Source: a virus
DNA: 64,000 bases
IMG/VR virus record: IMGVR_UViG_3300012979_000037
Location: 1 to 64,000 of that record
Direction: 5' to 3' (one strand)
Part shown: positions 36,499-46,002 of the stretch, one piece after another
Numbering within the stretch: the first letter of the stretch is position 1
How the letters are laid out: each line of letters opens with the position of its first letter
Position numbers and translations under genes: made by a program
Notes under the pieces: model-generated
What the model was told of the DNA's origin: nothing
The model's database searches: none
Seen by the model: only the letters and a program-made list of their open reading frames with translations

Positions 36499-37668
36499 AT
36501 GGCAAAGAAAAAACAAGATTCTAAACAAGAGAATCAACAAGAGGTTCAAAAACCTCAACGCGAACAACGAACTGTGTGGGTTCTTGACACACAAGCAAGT
36601 CCAAAATCAACATTGGATTATGAATGGCCTAAGTTCAAGAGTGACAAGGAGCGTATTAAATACATGTCACAACACTACAAGGACTATGCTATTACAGAGG
36701 TATTCAAAATGGAGTCTGGTGTAACTTGTAATGTACGTAATGTAGCTCAAGTAAATACAACACCTCGTGATCTTTACACTGGTCAAATTGTTCCAATGCA
36801 AATCTCCCATATTTCTAAAAATGGTGTAATGTTTGATAACATTGGTACTAAGCAAAACATTCAATCCAGTGTAAATCTCTGGAAGTATGAGAAGTTTCGT
36901 CACTTCCTTCCTACAGATGACATCAATGTAAAGGTAATCTCTGTAACTAAAGATCGTGTACAAGTGGATCCTTTGGCTCCAATGTATGAGTCTTGGTTGA
37001 ATGGAATTCTTCAAGATGTTGATGTCCAAAAGAACATTAATGAACCAAAAGCAGTTCTTGTAAAAAATCTTCGATTGACTCGAGGTGGATTTATGGGTAA
37101 GGCTGTTATTCCAAATGTTAGTGAGTTTGTAGGTGCGGAGTATACAGTAGATGCATTCATTCCAGGTTCTCAAATTGTTCTTAATATTGAGAATGACTTT
37201 ACCAAATGGGAGGGAAAAGAGGTTTATGCGTTTGTAACCAATTACATCAATAAACCAAATGACCCAAGTCAAATGTCACTCATTTGTTCAGCTAAGGAGT
37301 ATTTGAAGTTCCACGGTGATCTTAATATGGTTAAACTCTTTAAGGCTTGCTGTGAGAATAATGAAATTTGGCAACATCACGTCAATCACACCTTTAATGG
37401 TAGGGTAACAGGTATTATTAACTCAAGTAAAAAGTGTGGTGTATTTGTAGAGATTCCTGAGTTGTTGATCACTGGAATGATTCCAATGAAACCTGAGGAG
37501 TTGGTAAAATACAAACCACAAATGGAAGTAGGAGTAAAACTTGTTGATTTTGAAGAGGATACATATTTTGATTCAGTTGTACAACAATTGCGTCACAATG
37601 AACCTTACAAGATTGAGGATGGTGTTTTGCGAGAGGTTAATGTAAAACCTGTACTTGCATTGGCTTAA
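36499..37668 (+). CDS. S1-like RNA-binding domain protein (putative)
   Basis: Segments GRVTGIINSSKKCGVFVEIPELLITGMIP and GKAVIPNVSEFVGAEYTVDAFIPGSQIV resemble S1/OB folds; codon usage is less AT-skewed than the surroundings. Confidence 0.35.
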   Translation: MAKKKQDSKQENQQEVQKPQREQRTVWVLDTQASPKSTLDYEWPKFKSDKERIKYMSQHYKDYAITEVFKMESGVTCNVRNVAQVNTTPRDLYTGQIVPMQISHISKNGVMFDNIGTKQNIQSSVNLWKYEKFRHFLPTDDINVKVISVTKDRVQVDPLAPMYESWLNGILQDVDVQKNINEPKAVLVKNLRLTRGGFMGKAVIPNVSEFVGAEYTVDAFIPGSQIVLNIENDFTKWEGKEVYAFVTNYINKPNDPSQMSLICSAKEYLKFHGDLNMVKLFKACCENNEIWQHHVNHTFNGRVTGIINSSKKCGVFVEIPELLITGMIPMKPEELVKYKPQMEVGVKLVDFEEDTYFDSVVQQLRHNEPYKIEDGVLREVNVKPVLALA

Positions 37669-37692
37669 GTATTAAAAGTACATAAAAAGAAA

Positions 37693-37722
37693 AAGAGAAG
37701 CCCTCGAGCTTCTCTTTTTTAT
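37693..37722. terminator. bidirectional rho-independent terminator between convergent genes
   Basis: Sequence aaaaagagaagccctcgagcttctcttttttat with A-run and T-run flanks. Confidence 0.6.
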
Positions 37723-38189
37723 TATAAATAAAGTGTAAATGTTTCTACTTTATCACCAGGAAATGATTCTGCAGTAAAATCAAATTTTTTTCGTAAAATG
37801 TTTGATATTATTTTATATTCTTTAAATTTGTAATAATCATTACTATAAAAATAAATTCTTATATATTTATCTTCGAACGATATGTAAAAAAACACAGGAT
37901 ATTTAAGTACATAACTAGGTCTTGCTATAACTTGTAATCTATTACTTTTAAACATACCAAAATCTCTCCCATAGTCAGGTTTTAACTTATCAAGTTTTAA
38001 ATCCTTAAATATAGAATTCATTAAGTAATATAATTCATCATCAGGAATATTTTGTAATTTTTTGTTATAATTTAACCAAGTAGAGAGAATAGTAATAAAT
38101 GGATTTTTAAAGTCATCATTAAGTCTACCTATCAACTCTTCTTCATCATCTAAAATAGATTCTCTTATATAATCATTTAGTGTTTTCAT
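37722..38189 (-). CDS. ILDDE-leader family protein (MKTLNDYIRESILDDEEELIGRLNDDFKNPF)
   Basis: Family leader; ATGA overlap with the upstream NMNAT-like gene. Confidence 0.6.
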   Translation of the reverse strand: MKTLNDYIRESILDDEEELIGRLNDDFKNPFITILSTWLNYNKKLQNIPDDELYYLMNSIFKDLKLDKLKPDYGRDFGMFKSNRLQVIARPSYVLKYPVFFYISFEDKYIRIYFYSNDYYKFKEYKIISNILRKKFDFTAESFPGDKVETFTLYL

Positions 38190-38731
38190 ATTGTCTCCAT
38201 TATATTTTTTAATTTTTCATACATACCCCAAAGTACTTGAGGAACTAACTCTTTAAATCTATCTTCGTGACCTGCTTTGAGAGCTTCTCTAACTGCTGTT
38301 GCTGATACATCATCATCATTTCTCTTAATCTCCACTAATTCGGTGTCTGGAGCATATTTAGCGACCATTCTACTATAAGATTGCACTCTATCTGTACCAC
38401 AAGTCCAAGTAGCTGCTGTTAATCCTAGGGCTCCTAATTCTTCACCTATCTTAACAATATCAGCGTTCTTAACTAATATTATATCTTCAATCTCCTCATA
38501 ATTCTTAACCAACTTTTTATAATATGGTAAAATAATTTTGGTGAGAAATGGATGTCTATCATCAACTTTTGTAGTCTCAACCATACAAATCACAGTTTTA
38601 AGACCACGATTTTTATAAACATTTTGAATACACTTTAAGTGTCCATTTGTAAAAGGTTGAAATCTACCTACTAATATATTTACTTTAGTTCTCTTAAGAG
38701 ACTCATTTATAAATTGTGTAATTGTTTTCAT
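38186..38731 (-). CDS. NMN adenylyltransferase-like nucleotidyltransferase (NadM-type HxGH family)
   Basis: N-terminal VNILVGRFQPFTNGH matches the NadM/NadR-type motif GRFQPFH.GH of cytidylyl/adenylyltransferases. Confidence 0.55.
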   Translation of the reverse strand: MKTITQFINESLKRTKVNILVGRFQPFTNGHLKCIQNVYKNRGLKTVICMVETTKVDDRHPFLTKIILPYYKKLVKNYEEIEDIILVKNADIVKIGEELGALGLTAATWTCGTDRVQSYSRMVAKYAPDTELVEIKRNDDDVSATAVREALKAGHEDRFKELVPQVLWGMYEKLKNIMETI

Positions 38732-38736
38732 ATATT

Positions 38737-39345
38737 TTAACTTAATTCTACAAATTCAAAATCAATATTATTAAACTTAAATGTAACTTCAAATGTATTA
38801 GATTCTCTATCTACTTTTGAATACGTGAAATCTAATCCTTCAATACCATCAATAAAAACATCCATTAATTTAATACGTGAGGTGATTTTTCCAGTCTCAT
38901 CTAAAATATCAATTAAAAATACCTCTTCTTGTTTATTATTCAATGGTTTTAAATACTTATAAAATATCGTCTCATACATCATAAAATAATTATAGAGACC
39001 TTGATTTAATCTAAAAGTAACCTTAAACTCTTTATTAATTCTTGATAAAGGGTTAGAAGACTCCAAATAAGTAATTTCATGAATTGGCTCAACATTGATT
39101 TTCCCTAATCCCTTACTTGTTCTTTTTATACTATTACTCTCACGTTGTTGTTGAGAGAGTACCAAATCATTCATACCAGGTATATTTATAGATTGAATAC
39201 TCTCGTTTAAATAGTCAATAGGTTTTTGAATAACTCCAGCGTTACTATTTAATATATTATAATATTTACCCTCAATTTCCTTTGGAAGAAAATCTAAAGG
39301 TAAAATAAATTTAAATAAATCAAATCTAGGGCTTAATGATAGCAT
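38737..39345 (-). CDS. hypothetical protein
   Basis: 202-aa ORF. Confidence 0.5.
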   Translation of the reverse strand: MLSLSPRFDLFKFILPLDFLPKEIEGKYYNILNSNAGVIQKPIDYLNESIQSINIPGMNDLVLSQQQRESNSIKRTSKGLGKINVEPIHEITYLESSNPLSRINKEFKVTFRLNQGLYNYFMMYETIFYKYLKPLNNKQEEVFLIDILDETGKITSRIKLMDVFIDGIEGLDFTYSKVDRESNTFEVTFKFNNIDFEFVELS

Positions 39346-39357
39346 ATCTTATATATC

Positions 39358-39804
39358 TTATTTTTCTAAATAATACCAACCTTGAAATTTATCAGCTGGT
39401 ACATCAATATGTTCAAAATCATATTTTTTAATAAAACTCTTTATAAATTTAAGAGCATTAGGGCCAAATTTTTCTTTTGAATTAGATATAGTATTATCAA
39501 CTAGTAAACAGCAAGCATTTTTTGGTAATATAGGTGTTTGACAACTAAATGAAATTTCAAATAAAGTAGTTGAAGTACTCTCTATAATTATTCTTATAAA
39601 GTTCTTTCCAACAAAATACCTCACTCCATTTGGTAGAGGAAATTTAGACATAATTCCCTCAGCATATCTTTCCCAAGCTCTATAACTATTTTTCAACTCA
39701 TCATATTTAATCTTTAATACTCGAAATGGATTTTGAGTATCCTTGATTGAGTTTCCAATCAAAGTATCTTCGTCATCTAATATGGATTCGTATAATGTTT
39801 TCAT
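39358..39804 (-). CDS. ILDDE-leader family protein (MKTLYESILDDEDTLIGNSIKDTQNPF)
   Basis: Family leader. Confidence 0.6.
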   Translation of the reverse strand: MKTLYESILDDEDTLIGNSIKDTQNPFRVLKIKYDELKNSYRAWERYAEGIMSKFPLPNGVRYFVGKNFIRIIIESTSTTLFEISFSCQTPILPKNACCLLVDNTISNSKEKFGPNALKFIKSFIKKYDFEHIDVPADKFQGWYYLEK

Positions 39805-39816
39805 TATATTAGTATT

Positions 39817-40257
39817 TTATTGTAAATAGTAAATATTTTTTGAAGCGTGTTTCAAATTATACTTTTTAGCCCAAGATTTCATATAATATTTCATTTTCTT
39901 TTGACCCCATTCTCCATATTCTGAAAATTCTATAAATAATTTACAATCATATGAAATTCCATTATATGAAAATTCATCATCTAATGTAATATAACATAAT
40001 GATATATTATGATCATCATGTATACAAAACAATTTTTTATCTATTATATTAATCTCGAACGCAGTCAATTCAGAATTAAGAGGTAACTCAAGTGGTTTTA
40101 AAATATTTGAAATATCTTTTTGTTTTCCAAAAGGGATTTTTTTACCATTTGATATATAATAATTATATAATACTATAAAAGGATTTTGTGAGTCCTTAAT
40201 AGAGTTGCCTATTAAAACATCTTCGTCATCTAATATGGATTCATATAATGTTTTCAT
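39817..40257 (-). CDS. ILDDE-leader family protein (MKTLYESILDDEDVLIGNSIKDSQNPF)
   Basis: Family leader. Confidence 0.6.
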   Translation of the reverse strand: MKTLYESILDDEDVLIGNSIKDSQNPFIVLYNYYISNGKKIPFGKQKDISNILKPLELPLNSELTAFEINIIDKKLFCIHDDHNISLCYITLDDEFSYNGISYDCKLFIEFSEYGEWGQKKMKYYMKSWAKKYNLKHASKNIYYLQ

Positions 40258-40709
40258 AATTTAAATACTCGCACAATTTTATTATTGTTGCCTTTTGTTG
40301 TTTTAGCACCAAACTGTTTATTAATTTTATTTTCAATAGATTCATATTCATTTTGAGTTAAATCATAAACTTTCAGTTTATCCTTATCTGAATAATCATC
40401 TCTATCATAATCATTCATAAATTCTATTTTAGCTTCGTTTGCATTGATCTTATTAATAAACAAAAATGGCAATGTTCCCTCAAACCAATAATATAAATCA
40501 TCTCCGCTTGATTCCCAATGACAATATTTTTGATCTCCAGCTATATAAATTTCATTATCATTCAACCATTTGCAGCATTCTGTAAATTTATCTCTCTTAA
40601 TGAATTTTTTAATAGTATCACACCATTGAGCTAATTCAACAGCCTGTCCGATCAATACATCTTCATCATCTAATATAGATTCTCTTATATAATCATTTAA
40701 TGTTTTCAT
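40254..40709 (-). CDS. ILDDE-leader family protein (MKTLNDYIRESILDDEDVLIGQAVE)
   Basis: Family leader. Confidence 0.6.
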   Translation of the reverse strand: MKTLNDYIRESILDDEDVLIGQAVELAQWCDTIKKFIKRDKFTECCKWLNDNEIYIAGDQKYCHWESSGDDLYYWFEGTLPFLFINKINANEAKIEFMNDYDRDDYSDKDKLKVYDLTQNEYESIENKINKQFGAKTTKGNNNKIVRVFKL

Positions 40710-40710
40710 A

Positions 40711-41205
40711 TTATTGATAAATGTAAATTTCTCCTACTCTATAAGGACTTTTTTTAGTTTTTAATTTATATTTTTTACACAATTTACTTGGTATTGCACT
40801 CCAAGCTTGTTTTGATTTAATGTTGTTTTCGTTGTGAATATTGATCGTTGAGATTGAATTTATTGTCATTATAAAGCAACCTACACCATTAATTGAATTA
40901 TCTTTATAGTATATAAATGAAATATCCGGAATTCTAATTTGTTGATATTTATTAAATATACCTACCGTTCTTTCTTCATCAATCCAAGTGATTGGTTTAA
41001 TTTCAACGTCACTCTTATCCTTAAAGACACTCATTATATCTTTTTGAAACCCTTCACTTCTAAACACCTCTAACAAATCCTTTTGCTTACAATTTGGATT
41101 ACTAATGAGTTCTTGAAGAGTATGGAACCAGCTCTCTGATAAATTCTTTGCTCTACCAATCAACTCTTCTTCATCATCTAATATGGATTCATATAATTTT
41201 TTCAT
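40711..41205 (-). CDS. ILDDE-leader family protein (MKKLYESILDDEEELIGRAKN)
   Basis: Family leader; first gene of the second minus-strand array. Confidence 0.6.
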   Translation of the reverse strand: MKKLYESILDDEEELIGRAKNLSESWFHTLQELISNPNCKQKDLLEVFRSEGFQKDIMSVFKDKSDVEIKPITWIDEERTVGIFNKYQQIRIPDISFIYYKDNSINGVGCFIMTINSISTINIHNENNIKSKQAWSAIPSKLCKKYKLKTKKSPYRVGEIYIYQ

Positions 41206-41213
41206 AATTTATA

Positions 41214-41249
41214 TTAAAGTTTTTTCCTCATTTTTATATCTTTATATAT
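41214..41249 (+). promoter_or_regulatory. Recurrent promoter-like motif in a divergent intergenic region
   Basis: Sequence taaagttttttcctcatttttatatctttatatata upstream of ATG 41281. Confidence 0.4.
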
Positions 41250-41280
41250 AATAATATACACAAATCAACTTTTATAGAAT

Positions 41281-41679
41281 ATGACATTAAATGGTACATT
41301 AGAAGTTAGCGACGTCCAACAGGAATTTGATAAGTTGCAGTCTTGGGAAAAGAAACAATTTATTGCACAAAACATCGATCACTTTGGTGTTTTTGATACG
41401 TGTGATTTAATAAATAGTTTTAATATTGATACTTGGGACTTACTTCAACATTTCTCTACAGGAGATATATGCGAATACTTTAATTATAATGAATTATTAA
41501 GAGAGATTGGTAAGGATGAAATAATTCAATATTTATTATGTTGGAGCACTCTTTCAAATGAGGATATTGAAGAGATTTTAGAAGATAAGTTGTATAATAG
41601 TTCAAAAACTAATCTTATAAAACTTGAAACCATTTTGAGTAAAATTATTGAAAAACTTCGCAAAGAAAATATAAAATAA
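41281..41679 (+). CDS. hypothetical protein
   Basis: 132-aa ORF. Confidence 0.5.
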   Translation: MTLNGTLEVSDVQQEFDKLQSWEKKQFIAQNIDHFGVFDTCDLINSFNIDTWDLLQHFSTGDICEYFNYNELLREIGKDEIIQYLLCWSTLSNEDIEEILEDKLYNSSKTNLIKLETILSKIIEKLRKENIK

Positions 41680-41689
41680 ACTATAGGAT

Positions 41690-41902
41690 ATGAATCCGTT
41701 AAATATAAATACAAAAATAGAAGCAGTTACGGAGTTGAAAGTAGGTAATGTGCCAATCAATAATGTTCTTACTGAAGCAAAAACCTTAGCTCATCAAGTT
41801 TTAGAGGAGATAAGTATATTTAAACAAATGCATAATTTTGAAGATATGGATTTTCAATTCGAAGCAGATTGTTGCAAATTTTTAGAAATGATAGGAGACT
41901 AA
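41690..41902 (+). CDS. hypothetical protein
   Basis: 70-aa ORF. Confidence 0.4.
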   Translation: MNPLNINTKIEAVTELKVGNVPINNVLTEAKTLAHQVLEEISIFKQMHNFEDMDFQFEADCCKFLEMIGD

Positions 41903-41911
41903 TAAAATAAT

Positions 41912-42628
41912 ATGGAAAAATTTAAACAAGTAATTGTAATTCCAGATGTTCATGGAAGAACTTTTTGGAAGGAAGCCATTAAGGGTAAAGAAGATCAACA
42001 AATTATCTTTTTAGGAGATTATGTAGATCCATACCCACATGAGGAGATTAGTGAAATTCAAACATTAGAAAATCTCCAAGAAATTATTCACTTTAAGATG
42101 GCTCATCCAGATAATGTAATTCTTTTAATTGGTAATCACGATTGCTCCTATATGTACTCACCGAGTGTATGTAATTGTCGCTACTCATATAAATATGCAA
42201 AGGATTTTCAAAGGTTATTTAGCGATAATAAATATTTATTTCAAATGGCTTATGAATGTGAAGTAAATGGTAAAGTGTATGAGTTTAGTCACGCGGGAAT
42301 ATCAAATCGATGGATTGATCGCATCAAAGATTTATCCATTGTAGGTAAGTACGCAGAAGAAACTAATGTAGAATATATCAATCGCTTATATAATGATCAC
42401 CAAGATGTATTAGTTGAATTTTTAAAGGATTGTGGTTGGTATCGCGGAGGTAGTTATACTTCAGGATCTTGCGTATGGAGTGATGTAAGAGAATGGCTTC
42501 GTAAATATGAACCGAATACAAGCAAGAATATTCAAGTATTTGGACACACTCAACTAGAGAAGGATCCATATATTATTCCTAATAAAATTTTGTGTTTGGA
42601 TTGTAGAAAAGAATATATTTTGGAGTAA
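41912..42628 (+). CDS. calcineurin-like metallophosphoesterase (Ser/Thr phosphatase-like)
   Basis: Motifs IPDVHG, FLGDYVDPYPHE and LIGNHD are the DxHG / GDxxD / GNH(D/E) signature. Confidence 0.6.
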   Translation: MEKFKQVIVIPDVHGRTFWKEAIKGKEDQQIIFLGDYVDPYPHEEISEIQTLENLQEIIHFKMAHPDNVILLIGNHDCSYMYSPSVCNCRYSYKYAKDFQRLFSDNKYLFQMAYECEVNGKVYEFSHAGISNRWIDRIKDLSIVGKYAEETNVEYINRLYNDHQDVLVEFLKDCGWYRGGSYTSGSCVWSDVREWLRKYEPNTSKNIQVFGHTQLEKDPYIIPNKILCLDCRKEYILE

Positions 42629-42633
42629 ATTAT

Positions 42634-43314
42634 ATGATACTTGATGATGAAGATATTTTAATACAAGCTGCTATAGATTCAGCTTGTTACAAAATGGTTG
42701 ATTTAGGTTTATCAGTTAAATGGGCTAATAAGAACGTCGGAGCTTCTCACCCTGAAGATGCTGGATTGTATTTTCAATGGGGTGATACTATAGGGTATAC
42801 GGCAGATCAAGTAGGTAAAGATAAAACATTTAATTGGGAATCTTATTTCGATACTACAGATAGAGGGGATACTTTTAATATATACAATAATAATGGAGGT
42901 TTAACAGTACTATTATCTGCAGACGATGCTGCAACAGTTCATATGGGATCTCAATACAGAATGCCAACAGTAGATGAAATAAGAGAACTTATGAATAATA
43001 CAAAACAGACATTTATCGATTTAAATGATAATGGGTATAGTAAAATTCAAGCCAAAAATGGGGCTATCAAATCTGGAAAGTTAAAAGGAGTAAGATTTAC
43101 AGGTTCAAATGGTAATAGTATTTTTATACCAGCAGCAGGTTATTGTGCTGATCCTTGTATGAATAGTATTGGAGTATCTGGTACATTATGGTCTTCTAGT
43201 TTGAGTGGTAGTTACAACGGTTGTGCTAGAAGTTTGAATTTCTATTATGATGCGGATGTTTATGATATTAGTGATAGGCGCAATTATGGGGCATGTGTTC
43301 GTGGTGTAGAATAA
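42634..43314 (+). CDS. ILDDE-leader family protein (short leader MILDDEDILI) with Fib_succ_major-type C-terminal domain
   Basis: GLSVKWANKNVGA...GLYFQWG matches the Fibrobacter succinogenes major paralogous domain signature common in Bacteroidetes. Confidence 0.55.
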   Translation: MILDDEDILIQAAIDSACYKMVDLGLSVKWANKNVGASHPEDAGLYFQWGDTIGYTADQVGKDKTFNWESYFDTTDRGDTFNIYNNNGGLTVLLSADDAATVHMGSQYRMPTVDEIRELMNNTKQTFIDLNDNGYSKIQAKNGAIKSGKLKGVRFTGSNGNSIFIPAAGYCADPCMNSIGVSGTLWSSSLSGSYNGCARSLNFYYDADVYDISDRRNYGACVRGVE

Positions 43315-43337
43315 TTTTAGGTAAAATTTCAAAAAAC

Positions 43338-43374
43338 ATAAAAGTTTTTTCTTCTTTTTTGTATATAAATAAGT
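43338..43374 (+). promoter_or_regulatory. Recurrent promoter-like motif (contains TATAAATA)
   Basis: Sequence ataaaagttttttcttcttttttgtatataaataag upstream of the sigma-factor gene. Confidence 0.4.
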
Positions 43375-43394
43375 AACGCATAAATTTAAACATA

Positions 43395-44039
43395 ATGAAT
43401 TACAAGAATTTAACAGAACTCGAAAAGAATCAATTAGTTAAACAGTACGAAAACTTGATCGTGAAGATCACAAATCAATTTGCGAAAAGTGTAAAGTGTC
43501 CTTGGGAGGATTTACAATCATATGCTTATGAAGGTTTTGCTTTAGCAATTCAAAAGTATGATGATCAACGTTCTACAATGACATTTACACAATATGCTGC
43601 ATATTATATGCGAAATAACATTTTGAATTCACTTAATAACGAATTGCGTACCGTTAAGTTGGATGCATATGCTCAAAAGAAGGTGGAGCAAGGTGGAGGA
43701 CAATCTTTTAATACCATTTCAATTGATAATTGTAATGATGAAGAAGGAGTACAAACTCACAAGATTTTGATGAGTATTGCAATAGAGGATAAATTTTCTA
43801 ATGGGGATGTGTTTGATTATTTATATTCGCGTTTGGAGGATGAGTTCTCCTATCGAGATTGTGAAATCTTTTATAAAACCTTTGGATTAAAAGAGTTTGA
43901 TGTTGAGAAAGGTATGGATATCGCAAAACAATATGATATCTCTGCCGGACTGGTGTCACAAAAGGTCTCCAAAATTATTAAATGGATTCGCAAGGATAAT
44001 GAATTATGTGAACAATTAAGTGAATTACTTAAGTTTTGA
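43395..44039 (+). CDS. RNA polymerase sigma factor (sigma-70-family-like, phage-encoded)
   Basis: Region-2-like SYAYEGFALAIQKYDDQRSTMTFTQYAAYYMRNNI and region-4-like HTH ISAGLVSQKVSKIIKWIRK. Confidence 0.5.
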   Translation: MNYKNLTELEKNQLVKQYENLIVKITNQFAKSVKCPWEDLQSYAYEGFALAIQKYDDQRSTMTFTQYAAYYMRNNILNSLNNELRTVKLDAYAQKKVEQGGGQSFNTISIDNCNDEEGVQTHKILMSIAIEDKFSNGDVFDYLYSRLEDEFSYRDCEIFYKTFGLKEFDVEKGMDIAKQYDISAGLVSQKVSKIIKWIRKDNELCEQLSELLKF

Positions 44040-44062
44040 TAATTTTTTAATATATTTAATAT

Positions 44063-44662
44063 ATGATAATTAGAAAGAAGTTTAATGTAGAAAGTGCTCA
44101 CATTGTACGTAATTGCACTTCAGAGAGATGCTCTCACTCAATTCACGGCCACTCTGCTGTGATTGAAGTATTTTTGGAAAGTAATTTTTTGGATAATGCG
44201 CAAATGGTTTATGATTTTGGACTAATGAAGTCTACTATTAAACAATTTGTTGATTCTATGGATCATTGCTATCTATTGTGTTCTCAGGATAGTGAGGAGT
44301 TTAAGAGTTTTATTAAGTCTACCTGTGATCGTTGGATTGAACTTCCATTTAATCCTTCAGCAGAGATGTTGAGTATGTTTGTATTTTCAGGAGTTCAAAA
44401 GATTTTGAATAATACATATAAAAATAATGGGGAGGATTATATTCAAACACACGCTGTTCGTTATCACGAAACAACTACAGGTTATGCTGAGTGTAATGCT
44501 ATGGATGTTGCTAGATTTCAAAATATTATTGATTTTGATTCTATCATATATTCAGAAGGTGTAATGAAAGATTGGGGTAGTGATTTGAAATCTATCTTTG
44601 AGGGAGATGTAGTTACTAATCCTCTTATTAAACAACAAATAAAGTTAAATACAATTCTTTAA
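44063..44662 (+). CDS. queD: 6-carboxy-5,6,7,8-tetrahydropterin synthase QueD-like (with C-terminal extension)
   Basis: Motifs FNVESAHIV and CSHSIHGHSAVIEV (Cys-x-x-x-His-Gly-His) match the QueD/PTPS zinc site. Confidence 0.65.
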   Translation: MIIRKKFNVESAHIVRNCTSERCSHSIHGHSAVIEVFLESNFLDNAQMVYDFGLMKSTIKQFVDSMDHCYLLCSQDSEEFKSFIKSTCDRWIELPFNPSAEMLSMFVFSGVQKILNNTYKNNGEDYIQTHAVRYHETTTGYAECNAMDVARFQNIIDFDSIIYSEGVMKDWGSDLKSIFEGDVVTNPLIKQQIKLNTIL

Positions 44663-44663
44663 T

Positions 44664-45470
44664 ATGTTACCAGTAGTAGAAATTTTTACAAGTATTCAAG
44701 GTGAAGGTAAATTCACAGGAGTTCCTTCAATCTTTGTGAGAGTAAGTGGTTGTAATTTGAGATGTGTGTTTAAAGACTCAGTATGTGATACTCCTTATAC
44801 TTCATTTAATCCAGAGCATAGTTTATATAAATCAATGGATGAATTGGTAAAAGCATTTAAGGAAGAGCAAGAAAGATATCCACGAGTTAAACACGTAGTA
44901 GTTACAGGTGGTGAACCATTAATGTATAAGAGGGATTTGGAAGAGTTTTTAGCTCGTGTGTATGATGATACAATGATGATCACTATTGAAACAAACGGTA
45001 CTAAACCAATTTTGAATCCATTGAATGGTAAGTTTAGAATTGAGTTATATAGTGTGAGTCCAAAATTGAGTACCTCAGTAGGTAAACCAGGTAAGTATAA
45101 TGGTGTAGAAGTAACACAAGGAATGATTGAACGTCACAATTGTGAGAGACTTAATTATCAAAACTTGGTGGATATTGCAACAAGTGCGAACTATCAATTT
45201 AAGTTTGTATATAGTGGTCCAGAGTGTGTTGAAGAGATTAAGAATATTTATAGAGAGATGGGAAAGATTGTTTGTAATCAAGATGATCAATTCTATAATT
45301 TCTATATGAAACATCACCCAATGAAACACACAATGCTTATGCCAGAGGGCATTAAAGTAGATCAATTGGATCAAAAAACAAAGGAAATGGCTCAAGTATG
45401 TTTAGAAAATGGTTGGCAATTTACAGATCGTTTACACATTCGTATTTGGGGTGATATGAGAGGAGTGTAA
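44664..45470 (+). CDS. queE: 7-carboxy-7-deazaguanine synthase QueE (radical SAM)
   Basis: PVVEIFTSIQGEGKFTGVPSIFVRVSGCNLRCVF..DSVCDT at the N-terminus; C-terminal RIWGDMRGV parallels LLWGNKRGV of bacterial QueE. Confidence 0.75.
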   Translation: MLPVVEIFTSIQGEGKFTGVPSIFVRVSGCNLRCVFKDSVCDTPYTSFNPEHSLYKSMDELVKAFKEEQERYPRVKHVVVTGGEPLMYKRDLEEFLARVYDDTMMITIETNGTKPILNPLNGKFRIELYSVSPKLSTSVGKPGKYNGVEVTQGMIERHNCERLNYQNLVDIATSANYQFKFVYSGPECVEEIKNIYREMGKIVCNQDDQFYNFYMKHHPMKHTMLMPEGIKVDQLDQKTKEMAQVCLENGWQFTDRLHIRIWGDMRGV

Positions 45471-45473
45471 GTT

Positions 45474-45686
45474 ATGAAAAGTGTATTTTTATTAGAACAA
45501 AAGATTTTTAATGGCACTATATTAATAGCCACTATTAATACCGGATTTAGTACTAAAGAATTAGCAGAAAAGGCATTACAATCTACAAAAAAAGCCAATG
45601 AAGATGGTGAGTTTATTAATACATATAATATAAACGAAATCCAAATTTATGAGGAAGAACAAGAAATACCAATAATGAATAAATAA
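45474..45686 (+). CDS. hypothetical protein
   Basis: 70-aa ORF. Confidence 0.4.
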   Translation: MKSVFLLEQKIFNGTILIATINTGFSTKELAEKALQSTKKANEDGEFINTYNINEIQIYEEEQEIPIMNK

Positions 45687-45694
45687 AATCTGCG

Positions 45695-46000
45695 ATGAAA
45701 ACTAGACTTTTAAAGAAGCTTAGAAAAACAGCAAAGAATAAATTCTTTCCAGTTTTACTTGAAACCGGAATAGTTATTTCGACATATAATGAAACCGGAT
45801 ATAATAGATTGAATTTAACATACAGTATTGCTGGTAGTCCATATGCTTGGGTTAATCAATTTTCGCCTTGTTGGGTATTTGACACACAAAAGTCTATTCA
45901 AAAAATGTTAGATCGTGTTCGCCGAGATTTTATCATTGAATATATTAAAGCTGAAAAGGAAAAAAGGAGATTAAATAACGAATTCAATAAAATACAATAA
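45695..46000 (+). CDS. hypothetical protein; paralog of 15600..15956
   Basis: Shared N-terminus KTRLLKKLRKTAKNK. Confidence 0.45.
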   Translation: MKTRLLKKLRKTAKNKFFPVLLETGIVISTYNETGYNRLNLTYSIAGSPYAWVNQFSPCWVFDTQKSIQKMLDRVRRDFIIEYIKAEKEKRRLNNEFNKIQ

Positions 46001-46002
46001 TT

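Noticed and set aside
36667-37272. 201-aa minus-strand ORF inside the S1-domain gene
   Set aside because: It is antisense to a long, well-formed + strand ORF, and its product is Ile/Leu/Asn-rich low complexity typical of AT-rich antisense frames.
45075-45598. Minus-strand ORFs (45075..45395, 45392..45598) over queE and the downstream gene
   Set aside because: Antisense to the strongly supported QueE reading frame.
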